Shown: in pieces, positions 28,417 through 41,130 of the stretch
Layout: every line of letters starts with the position of its first letter
Position numbering within the stretch: position 1 is the stretch's first letter
Translations under genes and position numbers: made by a program
The notes under the pieces: generated by a model
Told to the model about the DNA's origin: nothing
Seen by the model: the letters and a program-made list of their open reading frames with translations, nothing else
The model's database searches: none
Assembly: GCA_964016885.1 (NCBI GenBank)
Contig: OZ024742.1
Location: 304,792,001 to 304,856,000 of the forward strand
Origin: Eledone cirrhosa
Taxonomy: Eukaryota
Reading direction: 5' to 3'
Length of the DNA: 64,000 nucleotides

Positions 28417-28781
28417 CCATTGAAATGACATATAATAATAAAAATATAATATATTCCTTATGCTCAAGCCCTCTATGAGTATACTTGTATATTTCTATAG
28501 GCATGCATATTTTGATATTGATAGCTCTCTTTAAAAAAAAATATCAAGTAATGTTTTTCTGTTATAAATGAAAATATCAACTACATGATTTACTCTCTAT
28601 TCTGAAATGGAAAAAAAAATAGAAATCAAGAACAAAAGATGGATGAGTTATCGGTTATTAAAGAGGAGCAGCGTTCATAAAAATATTGTCATATATAATT
28701 TTTGAGGAGGGTGGGGTTTTACTTTTTTATTATACATGTTGTTAAAAATACTTTTAATCCATTATGTTCAGACCTAATATA

Positions 28782-29113
28782 CGAGGGCAATCCCAAAAGT
28801 AAGGTCTCCAAAGCGATAGGGACGCAGTGAAACTGTTCGTACGGCTGTTGGCAACACTGTTGTGATTGGTGGTTCCTTCACTCCCAAACAAGCATGCGCG
28901 CGCTTCGCTGGGATGCTCAATCTTGGCTGGGCAGCCGTCAACGGAAGCTCCATTCTCAACGGCTGCCAAGCCAAGATTGAGCCTCCCAGCGAAGCGCGCG
29001 TATGCTTGTTTTGGAGTGAAGGAAGCACCAATCACAACAGTGTTGTCAACAGCCGTGTAAACAGTTTCTCTGCGTCCCCATCGCTGTGGAGATGTTATTT
29101 GGGATTGCCCTCG
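28782..29113. mobile_element. Mariner-type MITE (332 bp, almost fully palindromic, TA TSD)
   Basis: TA|CGAGGGCAATCCCAAAA...TTTGGGATTGCCCTCG|TA. The CGAGGG end is typical of mariner TIRs; arms are ~155 bp. Confidence 0.85.
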
Positions 29114-29118
29114 TATAT

Positions 29119-29151
<33 letters not shown>

Positions 29152-30213
29152 TTACCTGACATTAGTTGAGTCGATGTTTAAAATATATCACCCATAATAA
29201 CTTGGTTATCTATTAGTTACCAAAGAGTTACTCTCTGATCAATAGAGAATATATGGGTCTCATTTCCATCAGAAAATGAAATCAGTAACCTGAAATATTT
29301 AGTAGACTGTGTAGTCAAACACACAACCAATCTACCAGCTCCTCCCTCGTGAGTAAACTTGGAATAAAAATATTACATAAGGGTATTTCGCTATAACTTA
29401 CATCAAAGATAAAGTACAGTAAAGTCTAAATTAACTTATTTACTATACAACATCTTATGTGACATATGGCTGTTGTAATAATCCTGAATTATAAAGGTAA
29501 GAATAAAATCTTTTATCTTTAAAGGCGATTGCAATTTAAAGTTAAGCTCCAGTGTTTTCAAGCTGAAAGAAGTGGTGAATCTATTCTCCACTGTCGGACG
29601 AGATTTACATCCTATATGAACACTACAACAATAATCGGATTAGAAATTCAGGAAATTATCTCCCTTTCATATACTCTCATGAGCTCATTCCCTTGTCGCT
29701 GATATCACTTCTAACCGCAAGATAGATGTTATGCTCAGATACCACATAGTCTCTAAACATGTGTAATACAGACGTTAGTTGGTGGTTTGCAAATATTGCC
29801 TGCAATGCCATCCATTCTGATGCCACAGATGAAAACAATAAATTGAATGTCAATAATAATTAGTGTGAGAGTTGAACGTGATATATATATATATATATAT
29901 CATTAGAAAGCAGTTGAAAATAAATCGGGGATATAACCAAAATTGAGGCGGAGATTAGGGATGGCAAAACTATATATCTGCCTCTATGCCGTCCTTACCC
30001 TCTCCCTCCTCTTTCTCGCTCGCTGTCATTCTCCTTCTTTCTGTGTATCTCTCTTTTTATGTATCTCTCTATATATCTATCTACCTATTTATATATATAT
30101 ATACCGAAGTTTTCGTATAAATGTTAAATGAATATTACATATAAAATAAATATTTTCTCTGCGCATATATGTGAATCCTTTATTTGAATTACCGCCTCAA
30201 CGAAAAATGTCTG

Positions 30214-30277
<64 letters not shown>

Positions 30278-30345
30278 CAAGGTTTAGCAAATAAGGAAAA
30301 AGTTTCAAAATAAATTTTAAAAAATTAACATTACTTACTATAGTT

Positions 30346-30429
30346 ACCTTTACCGAATCGGTTTCGAATCTCAAAAATAAACGGAGACCATACGGCCTTC
30401 GTTGCAAAGAAAGATTCTCGTCAGAAGGT
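30346..30429 (-). ncRNA. Type I hammerhead ribozyme (intact), copy 1
   Basis: Minus strand ACCUU-CUGACGA-GAAUC[uuucuuugcAACGaAGGCCguauGGUCUcCGUUuauuuuuga]GAUUC-GAAA-CCG auu CGG-UA-AAGGU. All core residues are present; GUA cleavage triplet, predicted cut between 30351 and 30350. Confidence 0.92.
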
Positions 30430-30829
30430 TCTTTACATTCGAAGAATATAAAATTCTCGAACTTAAATTACAAACTGGCGCTATTCAAAATTGTTCCCGA
30501 GATGAGAGTAAATGAAGTGGAATCAATTTTTTCAAAGGCCGAGTGAAAAGATAGAAGCAGAGACAGGGAGGTCAATCGGCTACCGCTATAACTAGCAGCA
30601 GTCAGAACGACCAAATTTTTTTCTCAACATAGAGGAGTATAGTAATAATAGAATATGTGTTCCTACACGCACAAGGCGCTAGGGGACACATGTATTGTCC
30701 TACCAAATGCCAATGTGGTTCTATGGCAGGTTAATAAATTAACGAGCCAGAACATATAAATCAAGGTTTAGCAAATAAGGAAAAAGTTTCAAAATAAATT
30801 TTAAAAAATTAACATTACTTACTATAGTT

Positions 30830-30913
30830 ACCTTTACCGAATCGGTTTCGAATCTCAAAACTAAACGGAGTCCATACGGCCTTCGTTGCAAAGAAAGATT
30901 CTCGTCAGAAGGT
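30830..30913 (-). ncRNA. Type I hammerhead ribozyme (intact), copy 2
   Basis: Identical core and stems I and III to copy 1; differences fall only inside the distal stem II region. Confidence 0.92.
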
Positions 30914-31062
30914 TCTTTACATTCGAAGAATATAAAATTCTCGAACTTAAATTATAAACTGGCGCTATTCAAAATTGTTCCCGAGATGAGAGTAAATGAA
31001 TATATATATATATATAAACAACATGAGAAGAAAGAAGAATACTGCGTGGTTGCACATGGGTT

Positions 31063-31230
31063 AAGGAATTCCAACTTTGTCTGATTTACCCGTTTTATTT
31101 ACAATCCTTTAAAATTATAATATCATTATAATTTTAAAGGATCGTAAATAAAACGAGTAAATCAGACAAAGTTGGAATTCCTTTTATTAATATAATCTTC
31201 TATATACAATCATACACACCCGTGTATATT
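31063..31230. mobile_element. Short family D foldback (59-bp arms) with 3' tail; HHR part not included
   Basis: Arms 31063-31121 and 31125-31183. The sequence matches the outer ends and tail of 36751-37160. Confidence 0.85.
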
Positions 31231-31586
31231 TATATATATATATGGTTATCTGTTGAGCTCTGCTGACGATTGAAATCCAACCGTGACCATCTCCACTGAA
31301 AGTTTTCATGAAATAGTCTTTAAGACTATACAGAGCATTTGATGTTTTTCCAAATTGAAGGATAAGTATTTTAAACTTTATTTTATCATGAGTTAAGGGT
31401 CTATTGATTTTTCCCTGGATTTCACTAAATTCTGTGGATGAATTTGTATCCTGATTCTCTTTTGAGATGAGTTTGAATTATTTTTCCTAAATCTTACGTT
31501 AAGTACGTTTCCCATCTTGACGACATAGTCGCATATATGTTATAGAATACTATTAGCTTCTCGCTAAAACAATTTCTATACTTTTC

Positions 31587-31644
<58 letters not shown>

Positions 31645-32795
31645 TAGCTAAGGTTACGTTAAGATAATATATATATATATATATTTATTTATCTTTACGT
31701 AACCCTAGCTAACATCAAAATATAAGAATTACAAGCATAAGCTATCCGTGATAATGTTTACCGAATAAATGGTCTTAGTTATAGAAATAACATCACTTAA
31801 CCCAAAATCTTATAGAGTCAAAATCCCTCCCCTATATAATGTATATCTAGTCAACTAAATTCTGAAACACCTAACAATAGACTATACTCTAAACGCAAAT
31901 GCGTAGCCAAACCACACTATAACATAATTAAATTAAAATCAAAACCAACATACTATGTTGGTTGTTCCAATTATCTGGTTTCTATCGTAGTTGCGGTGAC
32001 CATATTATTGTGCACCCTATCCTTTGTAGTGTATTAAATACTTAACCATTCTAACAGACAATAATTACACAACCATAATACACGATGACTGCCGACCATG
32101 CGACTCCGTATGAAATGAAATCAGGGAATATACTATCTATCAGGTAAATAATAAATAAAGCAAAATTAACCAAACTAACATTACTCGCTATATAAACTAG
32201 CAATGAATTCAAAATTGAGAATTAACAACTAACTTTACAAGTAACACTTGAATTAAGTATTTTAAACCAAAATAAAATTATGCCGATCTTGTTCATGTTC
32301 GTTTTAAACCCAAGAATTTAAAATTGAAACTTTATTAAAATAAAATTAGGAACTATATTCTTTAGAATATAAAGAATAAAACGTAGCTGATAAGATGAGT
32401 ATCAGCTGCAATAGAGTTAACCCAGCAATGAATTTGTGACACTTAATCTGCCAATATCTGCATAGGCCCCGTCATCTTTAGAGTCTAGGCTTGGGACAGA
32501 CCTTTAGTTTTATATAATAAATGCTCACTCAAGATTTTTCGAAACAAAGCTCTTTCACTTCACGTTAATCCACAATTATTAATCATTGCGTTATGCCAAT
32601 ACACATATAGATGTACCAATACACATATAGATTGTTACACACACGCGTACGCATATGTATGTGCATGAGGGCGTGTGTTTGGATGTGGAGATTAAATCGA
32701 TGGTTTATTTCAAAGCTACTCAGAATCTCACTAAATTTTCAACAGCTTCAATGAACAAGCAACACACCAAACATTTTTAGCAGAATATATATATA

Positions 32796-33237
32796 TACAA
32801 TATTAAATAAATGGAAACTATATTTATATTTATAAAACCATATTTATTTCATTATATATATTTCAGGGATATCATATTAACAATATGCTATGCCTTCCTC
32901 AGACAAAATACAATATAAACAGTTTTATAGATAAATAGAATCGACATACCGTAAAACATCTACTTGCATTCTCAAATGCAAGTAGATGTTGTTACGGTAT
33001 GTCGATTCTATTTATCTATAAAACTGTTTATATTGTATTTTGTCTGAGGAAGGCATAGCATATTGTTAATATGATATCCCTGAAATATATATAATGAAAT
33101 AAATATGGTTTTATAAATATAAATATAGTTTCCATTTATTTAATATTGTAAATATACTCCAAATATTTGTCGAGTGCTTTTATATCAGTTATAAATATTT
33201 ACTAGTTGTAACCCAACAATTTAAATATAACTTTCCA
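32796..33237. mobile_element. Foldback HHR element, family C variant (~175-bp arms, 4-nt spacer) with 3' tail
   Basis: Arms 32796-32970 and 32975-33150 differ by a 1-nt indel. Tail 33151-33237 is followed by microsatellite. Confidence 0.9.
33036..33101 (+). ncRNA. Type I hammerhead ribozyme, family C variant (mirror copy ~32845-32910 on the minus strand)
   Basis: TATTTTGT-CTGAGGA-AGGCATAGCATATTGTTAATATGATATCCCT-GAAA-TATATA-TA-ATGAAATA. Stem II sequence differs from the 16899 copy but pairing is kept. Confidence 0.85.
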
Positions 33238-33254
33238 TATATATATGTGTGTGT

Positions 33255-33368
<114 letters not shown>

Positions 33369-33947
33369 ATATGTGTATACTTGTATGTGTGTATGTATGC
33401 GTGTGAATGCTTATGTGTGTGTGTTTGTATGTATGTAAGTATGATTTATAGGCGCATATATTCAAATGTTTCTATATCTTTAAGTGCGTATGAGTATGTA
33501 GGCTCTTTATCTTAATTTTGAATTTATTTTTGACCGTCCAATTTCCCGTTGGCAAGGATCTAAAGGAAATTTTCTTCGCCCCTTGTGTAATCGTTCTTCC
33601 TTTATATGTATGCATGTACGAACATATGGATGTGAGGATGTATTTACATACGTATATATATACGTATGAAATGTTTAGAGAAGGAAAGAGAGTGTGTGAG
33701 TGAGAGAGACATAGATAAATATAAAGGGAGAAAAAATACTATTATGGCAATTGTATATTTTCACGACATTTCAACTTAAATCCTTCCAGTAATACTTATG
33801 AGATGATAGGAAGGAAAAAGGAAGTGGAAAGAGAAAGATGAAAAATGAAAATTGAAAAGAATCGTGATGCTAAACTGGGATTGAACATGGCATCTTTCTT
33901 CTCTCCAGAAAAAATACTTCTTTGTCAGTATTGTGATGACGTCATTA

Positions 33948-33999
<52 letters not shown>

Positions 34000-34086
34000 T
34001 GAAATAGTATTGGCGGTAGTAGTTGTAGTGGTAGAAGTATTCAAAGAAGAAGAAGAAGAAATAGTAGTAGTAGCAGGAGCAGCAGC

Positions 34087-34129
<43 letters not shown>

Positions 34130-34231
34130 AAATGGTTAGCGAAGCTTTCCTTTTGTTTGTGGAACATTGTACACTGAGTCGTCTTACATTTGCTGAGACT
34201 GGTGCGCAGCATCAGCAGAACTACAACAGCA

Positions 34232-34318
<87 letters not shown>

Positions 34319-34580
34319 ACTATGTCTTCTACAAATCGTGCTATTACAAATTCCTTTAATAGTAGTAGTATTAGTGGTCGTGGTGTTTAGTAATGGTGTT
34401 AGTAGTAGTAGTAGTAGTAGCAGTAGTAGTTGTTGTTTTGGTAGTGGTAGTAGTAGTAGTAGTATTAGTAGTAGTAGTAGTTGTAGTAGTGGTGGTGGTG
34501 GTGGTGGTGGTAGTATTAGTAGTAGTGGAAGTAGCAGTAGTAGTAGTAGTAGTAGTAATAGTATGAGTGGTAGTAGTAGT
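33948..34580. repeat. (TAG)n/(CTA)n/(CAG)n compound trinucleotide repeats
   Basis: Direct inspection. Confidence 0.95.
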
Positions 34581-34854
34581 ATCAGTGGCATCAATCCGAT
34601 CGATAATCGTTGACTGATTCCTAAAGAATACGAATTTTGGCGGGAAAATTGATTAAAGAAACATAATAGAATGAAATAAGTAAATCGATTGAAAAATTCT
34701 TTGGTTAAAGCGATTTTTTTTCTTTTTCCAATTAATCGATCAACATTAGTATAATAACAAAGGCTTAAAGATAAACATATATTGATTAGTATTAATTTCT
34801 CAACAAATTTTTTATATTTTATTTTAGTTTTATTCTGTTGATTTTTAATATGCG

Positions 34855-35255
34855 TGTGACTGTGTGAATGTATGAATGTGTGAGTGTGTGAATGTGAAAG
34901 TATGTGAGTGTGCGAATGTGTGTGTATGTGAGTGTGTGAATGTGTGAGTATGTGAGTGTGTGAATGTGTGACTGTGTGAGTATGTGATTGTGTGAATGTA
35001 TGAATGTGTGGGTATGTGAGTGTGTGAATGTATGAATGTGTGGGTATGTGAGTGTGTGAATGTGTGAATGTGTGAGTATATGAGTGTGTGAATGTGTGAA
35101 TGTGTGAGTGTGTGGGTATGTGAATGTTTGAGTGTGTGAGTGGGTGAATGTGTGAATGTGTGAGTGTGTGAATGTGTGAGTGTGTGAATGTGTGAGTGTG
35201 TGAATGTGTCTGTATGTGAGAGTGTGAATGTGTGAATGTGTGAGTGTGTGAGTGT
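34855..35255. repeat. (GTGTGAAT/GTGTGAGT)n minisatellite
   Basis: Repeated 8-bp units; source of the His/Thr-rich part of ORF 34184-35293. Confidence 0.95.
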
Positions 35256-35639
35256 GTTATCAGCATGAAAAGGATAATATAATGACAATACATAAATAAA
35301 TATATAAATCAACCATAGAAAATTATTAAAAATTATAAAAAGGAAAAGATTAAGAAAAAAAGAAGAAAATTATTTGTAAGAAAGAAAATGTTTTTTTCGT
35401 CACATTTACTCTTTTGTCTTTTTCTATCTCGGACTAAACTGTAGAAGCAAATATAATCGACATTGATGAAGCCATTATAATTCTTGCTAGTCTGTTTGTT
35501 GTTATAATAGAATATACCTTTTTATTATGAATTCCTTACCCTTTCTCCTTACCACAACCACCAACATCAACACATTCAACACTACTAAACTCCGTCACCT
35601 TCAACTTCATGCAAACACATATACGCATATAGACATTAC

Positions 35640-35905
35640 AAAGACGATGGATCTCCATCTTGGTCGACGACGAGTAATTCTATTATTTGAACAGACTGCT
35701 CATTAAAAGAATGCGTAAAGTGGTTGAGCATTCCGCAAACATATATTCCCATAACGTAAATTGAATTACACTCAACAGTATATCCGACAGCTTTTCAAAC
35801 AATTTCCACCTTCCAAATTTCAATTACAAGGTATGGGTCAACCCGTGATTAAGGTAATTGAAACTGGCCCTTCATATCACGCATCGGGATCAATCCCAGA
35901 ACCAA
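35640..35905 (-). mobile_element. Old cephalopod-type SINE remnant(s)
   Basis: Loose resemblance, from memory, to octopus CORE-type SINE sequence (CCAAATTTCAATTACAAGG...GGGATCAATCCCAGAACC); not verified. Confidence 0.3.
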
Positions 35906-36227
35906 ATGAATGTAAAGAGAAATATTTTAGCAACTCGTTCATGCTGCATCAACGTATATTACCATATTACAAAATTGAAACTATCACATATATATAAAGA
36001 CGCACACAATATATATAAAGACACACACAAACATGATATATTTGGCAGTCATTTTCGTTTCGTATTTATGTAGGTTTGTTGGCAGACATACAAGCATACA
36101 CAAATATAGGACACATTAATAAATATTTACATACTCGCACTAAAACACACTGCTCCATATACTCGCATTAATGAATATACAGAGGCTTAACACACAAACA
36201 CACACACACGCACACACACACACAGAC

Positions 36228-36285
<58 letters not shown>

Positions 36286-36329
36286 GATAGTCAGTAATAG
36301 GTATCCACTATGTTAGGAGCGTAAACTAA

Positions 36330-36474
<145 letters not shown>

Positions 36475-36479
36475 ATATA

Positions 36480-36526
<47 letters not shown>

Positions 36527-36528
<2 letters not shown>

Positions 36529-36670
36529 CAAAGGAATTGTGGTAAGGAACCAGATGGACCATAACGCACCAGAGTACTCAATACTTAGGGTAGTAGAGTG
36601 GGAAATAGGAAAAAGTATGACCCCGACGGCAGAAACAGCTTGAGCTCTGCCGTCGGGGTCATACTTTTTC
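36527..36670. mobile_element. Family F foldback cassette, (TA)n-flanked
   Basis: Arms 36609-36633 and 36646-36670 (GAAAAAGTATGACCCCGACGGCAGA). The tail is homologous to 19545-19628. Confidence 0.85.
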
Positions 36671-36701
36671 ATATATATATATATATGCGTATATCTATCT
36701 A

Positions 36702-36750
<49 letters not shown>

Positions 36751-36753
<3 letters not shown>

Positions 36754-37160
36754 TAAGAGGAATTCCAACTTTGACTGATTTACTCGTTTTATTTACAATC
36801 CTTTAAAATATATATAATGGTATTATAATGAAATAGTATGATAGAATATTAAATTTTAAGTCTTAATTGAACAAGTACTTTCATGCTTTCGCAATCTTCA
36901 GGTTCATAATATGTGGTGACAGTCGAGTTTGCAAACTCGACTGTCACCACATATCATAAACCTGAAGATTGCGAAAGCATGAAAGTACTTGTTCAATTAA
37001 GACTTAAAATTTAATATTCTATCATACTATTTCATTATAATACCATTATATATATTTTAAAGGATTGTAAATAAAACGAGTAAATCAGACAAAGTTGGAA
37101 TTCCTCTTATTAATATAATCTTCTATACACAATCATGCACACCCGTGTATATTTACCTAT
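36751..37160. mobile_element. Foldback HHR element, family D (181-bp arms, zero spacer) with 3' tail
   Basis: Centre GTCGAGTTTG|CAAACTCGAC at 36931/36932; arms 36751-36931 and 36932-37112; (TA)n on both sides. Confidence 0.92.
36958..36995 (+). ncRNA. Minimal type I hammerhead ribozyme, family D (mirror copy 36868-36905 on the minus strand)
   Basis: (G/A)AAC-CTGAAGA-T-TGC-GAAA-GCA-T-GAAA-GTAC-TT-GTTC: GNRA-capped stem II and palindromic GTAC loop III. The minus copy has a 5-bp stem I TGAAC/GTTCA. Confidence 0.8.
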
Positions 37161-37165
37161 CTATA

Positions 37166-37230
<65 letters not shown>

Positions 37231-37379
37231 TCATATATTTCTTTCAAAAGTTATAATAGGTCAGGAAGAACTGGGATTCTGTGATTCGTGAAACAATACA
37301 CATGGGGAAATGACATAAATACAATGATTGTAGCTTTGTCCACCATCTTGGACTGTTTATTGTGTGTTTTGTTGATCGT

Positions 37380-37900
37380 TGCTAAATATGTTGTCAATGA
37401 TTTGCACTATCTTTTGAGACATTGAAATAGTGATGAGGAGAGTAAAAGAGGTCGGCGAAGAATGAGGTAGACAATGAAATGTTTGGAAAAGATGTACGAG
37501 AGACATGGAGTGGAAAGCTGGAGGTAAAGTATGAGGAAAAAGAGACTTCATGAGTAATCTGGAAATAAGTGATGGGTGGGGGAGCAACTTGAGTTAATGC
37601 CCTCGTTTTAGTTCTCTGGGGTCTGTGGTGGGAGTGTTTCACTTCATTTATCTCACTAATGTTCTGGAAGAGGCATGGACCATGTAACTCTATTTGATGC
37701 CAAAGCCAATGATAGATAATACTAATTACGAGCAATGGGATAGCGATATTTAACTTAAATCAAACAATAGTCGATGTATGTTTTATATCTATAGAGAGAT
37801 AGATAGATTGAAAAGGGGTTAGAAGAAAAAAATACATAAAGTTTGAAGTGTTGGGGAGTAGATGAAGGATTACAGGAAGAAATGAGAGCGTAAGTTTGAG
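37380..37900 (-). pseudogene. Possible highly degenerate PLE RT remnant
   Basis: ORF 37394-37735 segment FQITHEVSFSSYFTSSFPLHVS...LSTSFFADLFYSPHHYF loosely resembles PLE FT..IS...L.FLDL.V.....LST.VY.KPTD.H.YL; weak. Confidence 0.25.
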
Positions 37901-38128
37901 TATGAGCAACTTGGGAGAGAAGACGGATGAGGGCGGAGTAGAAGAACAACAAGATTTGCAACAAGAACAACATGAATAAGAATGTTAGTAGAATAATGGA
38001 GACAGAGGACAATGGGGGAGTGAGGTATTGAAAAAATGGAAAAGAAAATTATTCGGAGATAAACATTGATAATTGAGAAAGAATAACATATTAGAGATAG
38101 CGGGAAGGAAAGTAGTAGTTTGATATAT

Positions 38129-38228
<100 letters not shown>

Positions 38229-39405
38229 GTGGTTCATGAAAAAGAGGAGAATGTGAATGACGAAATGTGAGGAAAGTAATGTAGGATATGTTGAATGATT
38301 GAGGTACATAATGGAACAGAAATGTGAAAATATGTTGCCTTGCGGAGGAGAAATAAGAATAGAGGAATTGTAACAGAAAAATCTAGAGGGACTAGCAAAG
38401 CATACACCTAGATGAGAGAATGGGGGGGGGGGGGATAAATAGAAGGATATATAGTTATATACACATGTAGTTATGGTAGATAGATACATTGATAAATAGA
38501 TAGACATACCGGGGAAGGGAAATGGAAAGTTGGGAATCATGGTTAGCAACAAGACACCTATATGAATTAAGAACATGTCTGTAATCTGGTGAAATCTACC
38601 TGAGGTCTCAGTAAACCTAGTGTAACGGCTGTTACATCAAATAAAATTAGAGTGCCTCAAATTTTCAAATAACACCTTTTTATGGACAGAAGTTAAGGTT
38701 TTCAAGGATTCCACCATCCTAAATTCATTGTTAAGGACTCTGCTAACTCATCTCATATTGCTTTAACTTAGTTCCTTTTTCCTCTTAAATAATGCGACCC
38801 TTTGTCTTTCAATCATTAGATTTCGATATTGTTTCCTATACTTAAACATTAAAACGTGCTCTCGCCGTATATATGATTGTATATAAGTATATGTGTATAT
38901 ATGGAAAAGAATGAAACGAAATTTAATTTGTCACTCTTAGTACGACTGATACTTAAATGTAAGTATGTATGTATACGTACATACATATATGTATACAGAC
39001 GTACAGTGGTATGTATATATATACATACATGCACACATACATATATGTACGTATGGGTTTACCGAACATTTATTATAATGTTCGGTTTGTTTGTAAACAA
39101 ACAGCCCGAATGAAGCCGTACAGTGTTCAGGGAACCACCGTCGCCTTTTTGTTCAACACTGACAAAGGAACGATGTACTAGTTTCAAGCTTATTAGCTAT
39201 CGTCAGCATCGTATACCTTCCTGTCAGATGATTGAACGTTTGAAAGTATATACTTTCCTTATGCATATTAAAGGCTGAGCAGCCTAATTTGCATATCGAG
39301 TGAGTTAGTCGGCCGGGCTCACCGAAAACGATAAATGGAAAAGATGGATAAGAATGAAACGAAATTTCACTTCTCACTCTTAGTACGGCTGATACTTAAA
39401 TGTAA

Positions 39406-39503
<98 letters not shown>

Positions 39504-39527
39504 AAAGATGGTTAAAAGAGTTCCAAG

Positions 39528-39598
39528 TATTTTATTATGCGCATTTCAAAAACAAATATCATCATGGGATGTTATCTGCGTTCTCATCAGATAAAATA
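39528..39598 (-). ncRNA. Type I hammerhead ribozyme (family C relative) in a ~155-bp (TA)n-flanked cassette (39501-39655)
   Basis: Minus strand TATTTTAT-CTGATGA-GAACGCAGATAACATCCCATGATGATATTTGTTTTT-GAAA-TGCGCA-TA-ATAAAATA: perfect 8-bp stem I and palindromic loop III TGCGCA. Confidence 0.85.
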
Positions 39599-39651
39599 GG
39601 GAGACATGATATGAAGCTTAAAAAACACTTGTGAGCAGTGAAGTTTTAAAT

Positions 39652-39704
<53 letters not shown>

Positions 39705-39904
39705 CAAGTATACTTATATACATTCATATATAAGGCGAGAAGAGGTTTTAATGTTTAAGTAAAGGAAACAATATCGAAAGAAAATGATTGAAAGAAAAAG
39801 GGTCGCATGATTTAAAAGGAAAAAGGAAGTGTTAAAGCAATATGAGATGAGTTAGCATATATATATATATATTTATATGTATACACTATGCATATATATA
39901 CATA

Positions 39905-39942
<38 letters not shown>

Positions 39943-40035
39943 TATATATTATATATATGCATATATTTATATGTTATATATACGAATGTTTGTGTGTTTA
40001 TGTCTATATTCAAACATACATACACGCACACACAT

Positions 40036-40067
<32 letters not shown>

Positions 40068-40072
40068 GCATG

Positions 40073-40105
<33 letters not shown>

Positions 40106-40114
40106 GTATATATA

Positions 40115-40162
<48 letters not shown>

Positions 40163-41130
40163 TTGCATTATATATTATGCACGTACGCGCACACACATAT
40201 TAAATCAATCAACAAATTACATATAATTCTATAAATTATATTGCTGTAATAATAACAAAAAATCGTTCTCTCTATAAAGTTAGGCAATTTCATTGATTTC
40301 TAGGAAACTGTCGTTCGATGTTTCTACTGGTAATAGGCAACCCAGTGAGAGGCTGTCGTGTTTCTTGTCAATGGCCTGTTAAGTATGGTTCTGTTGTGTC
40401 AGTTACAATGTTTAAATACGGTATACGTAGCTCTGAAGATGACTCATCGGCATTAGGTAAGCTTCTTGTATATTTCACAATGTGTAAAAATATATATTCA
40501 ATTATCCAGCATCCTAACGTGCATTCTCATTTCTTCAGTATCCATTCTGAATGTTTTTATCGTTATTTATCCAATATTATCGGTCTTGCAAAAGGTATGC
40601 ACACCACACACTCACATCTCCTTTTCCATGGAATATATGTTGTGGACATAAAGAATAGAGCCGGAAAATCTGAGATCAACTCTCGCTAGATTCACCTTCA
40701 CTGTCTGATGGTGTTAAAAATGTAATCCTTAAGAACATCGTTTCAAAATCATGCTGATATTCCAGGCTATCAGCGTTACCACAAGCAGCACAACCAAGCA
40801 AACGCTAACACACTCTCTCATCAGCTGGTAACAGGGACACCAACTCCGTGCTTATAAGATGGTTCAACAAAGAAATAATGGTCGCTGTGCACGAAGCCAT
40901 GGGTTTGGAGGAGAAAGGGGAGCTCTTTGCAACTAGCTCTTTCAAGGTGCCGCAGCCACATATGATGCTTGGAATGGCACCAAATACTTACATATACATT
41001 AGGGAGAGCTAGAACTTTGACGTGGGGACACCTAGTGTTAGAGCCACGAGCATGTCCTGGGGTCATCCTGAAAGCAAGGTCACTTGTACCTAAAGTAGAA
41101 ACAATTCTTCTTATTATTATTGCAGTAAAG

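Larger units (their letters stand above)
30271..31000 (-). mobile_element. Retrozyme-like 1.5-mer: 246-bp direct repeats, 484-bp period, one HHR per repeat, inserted in (TA)n
   Basis: 30271-30516 matches 30755-31000 with about 3 substitutions. The 238-bp unique middle is non-coding; (TA)n lies on both sides. Confidence 0.85.

Noticed and set aside
28782-29113. GC-rich palindrome as another HHR foldback
   Set aside because: No HHR core; symmetric CGAGGG termini with TA TSD indicate a mariner MITE.
29250-29870. Possible ancient RTE RT remnant
   Set aside because: Only faint motif resemblance with many stops.
34184-35293. Longest ORF (369 aa)
   Set aside because: Made of an 8-bp minisatellite and trinucleotide repeats.
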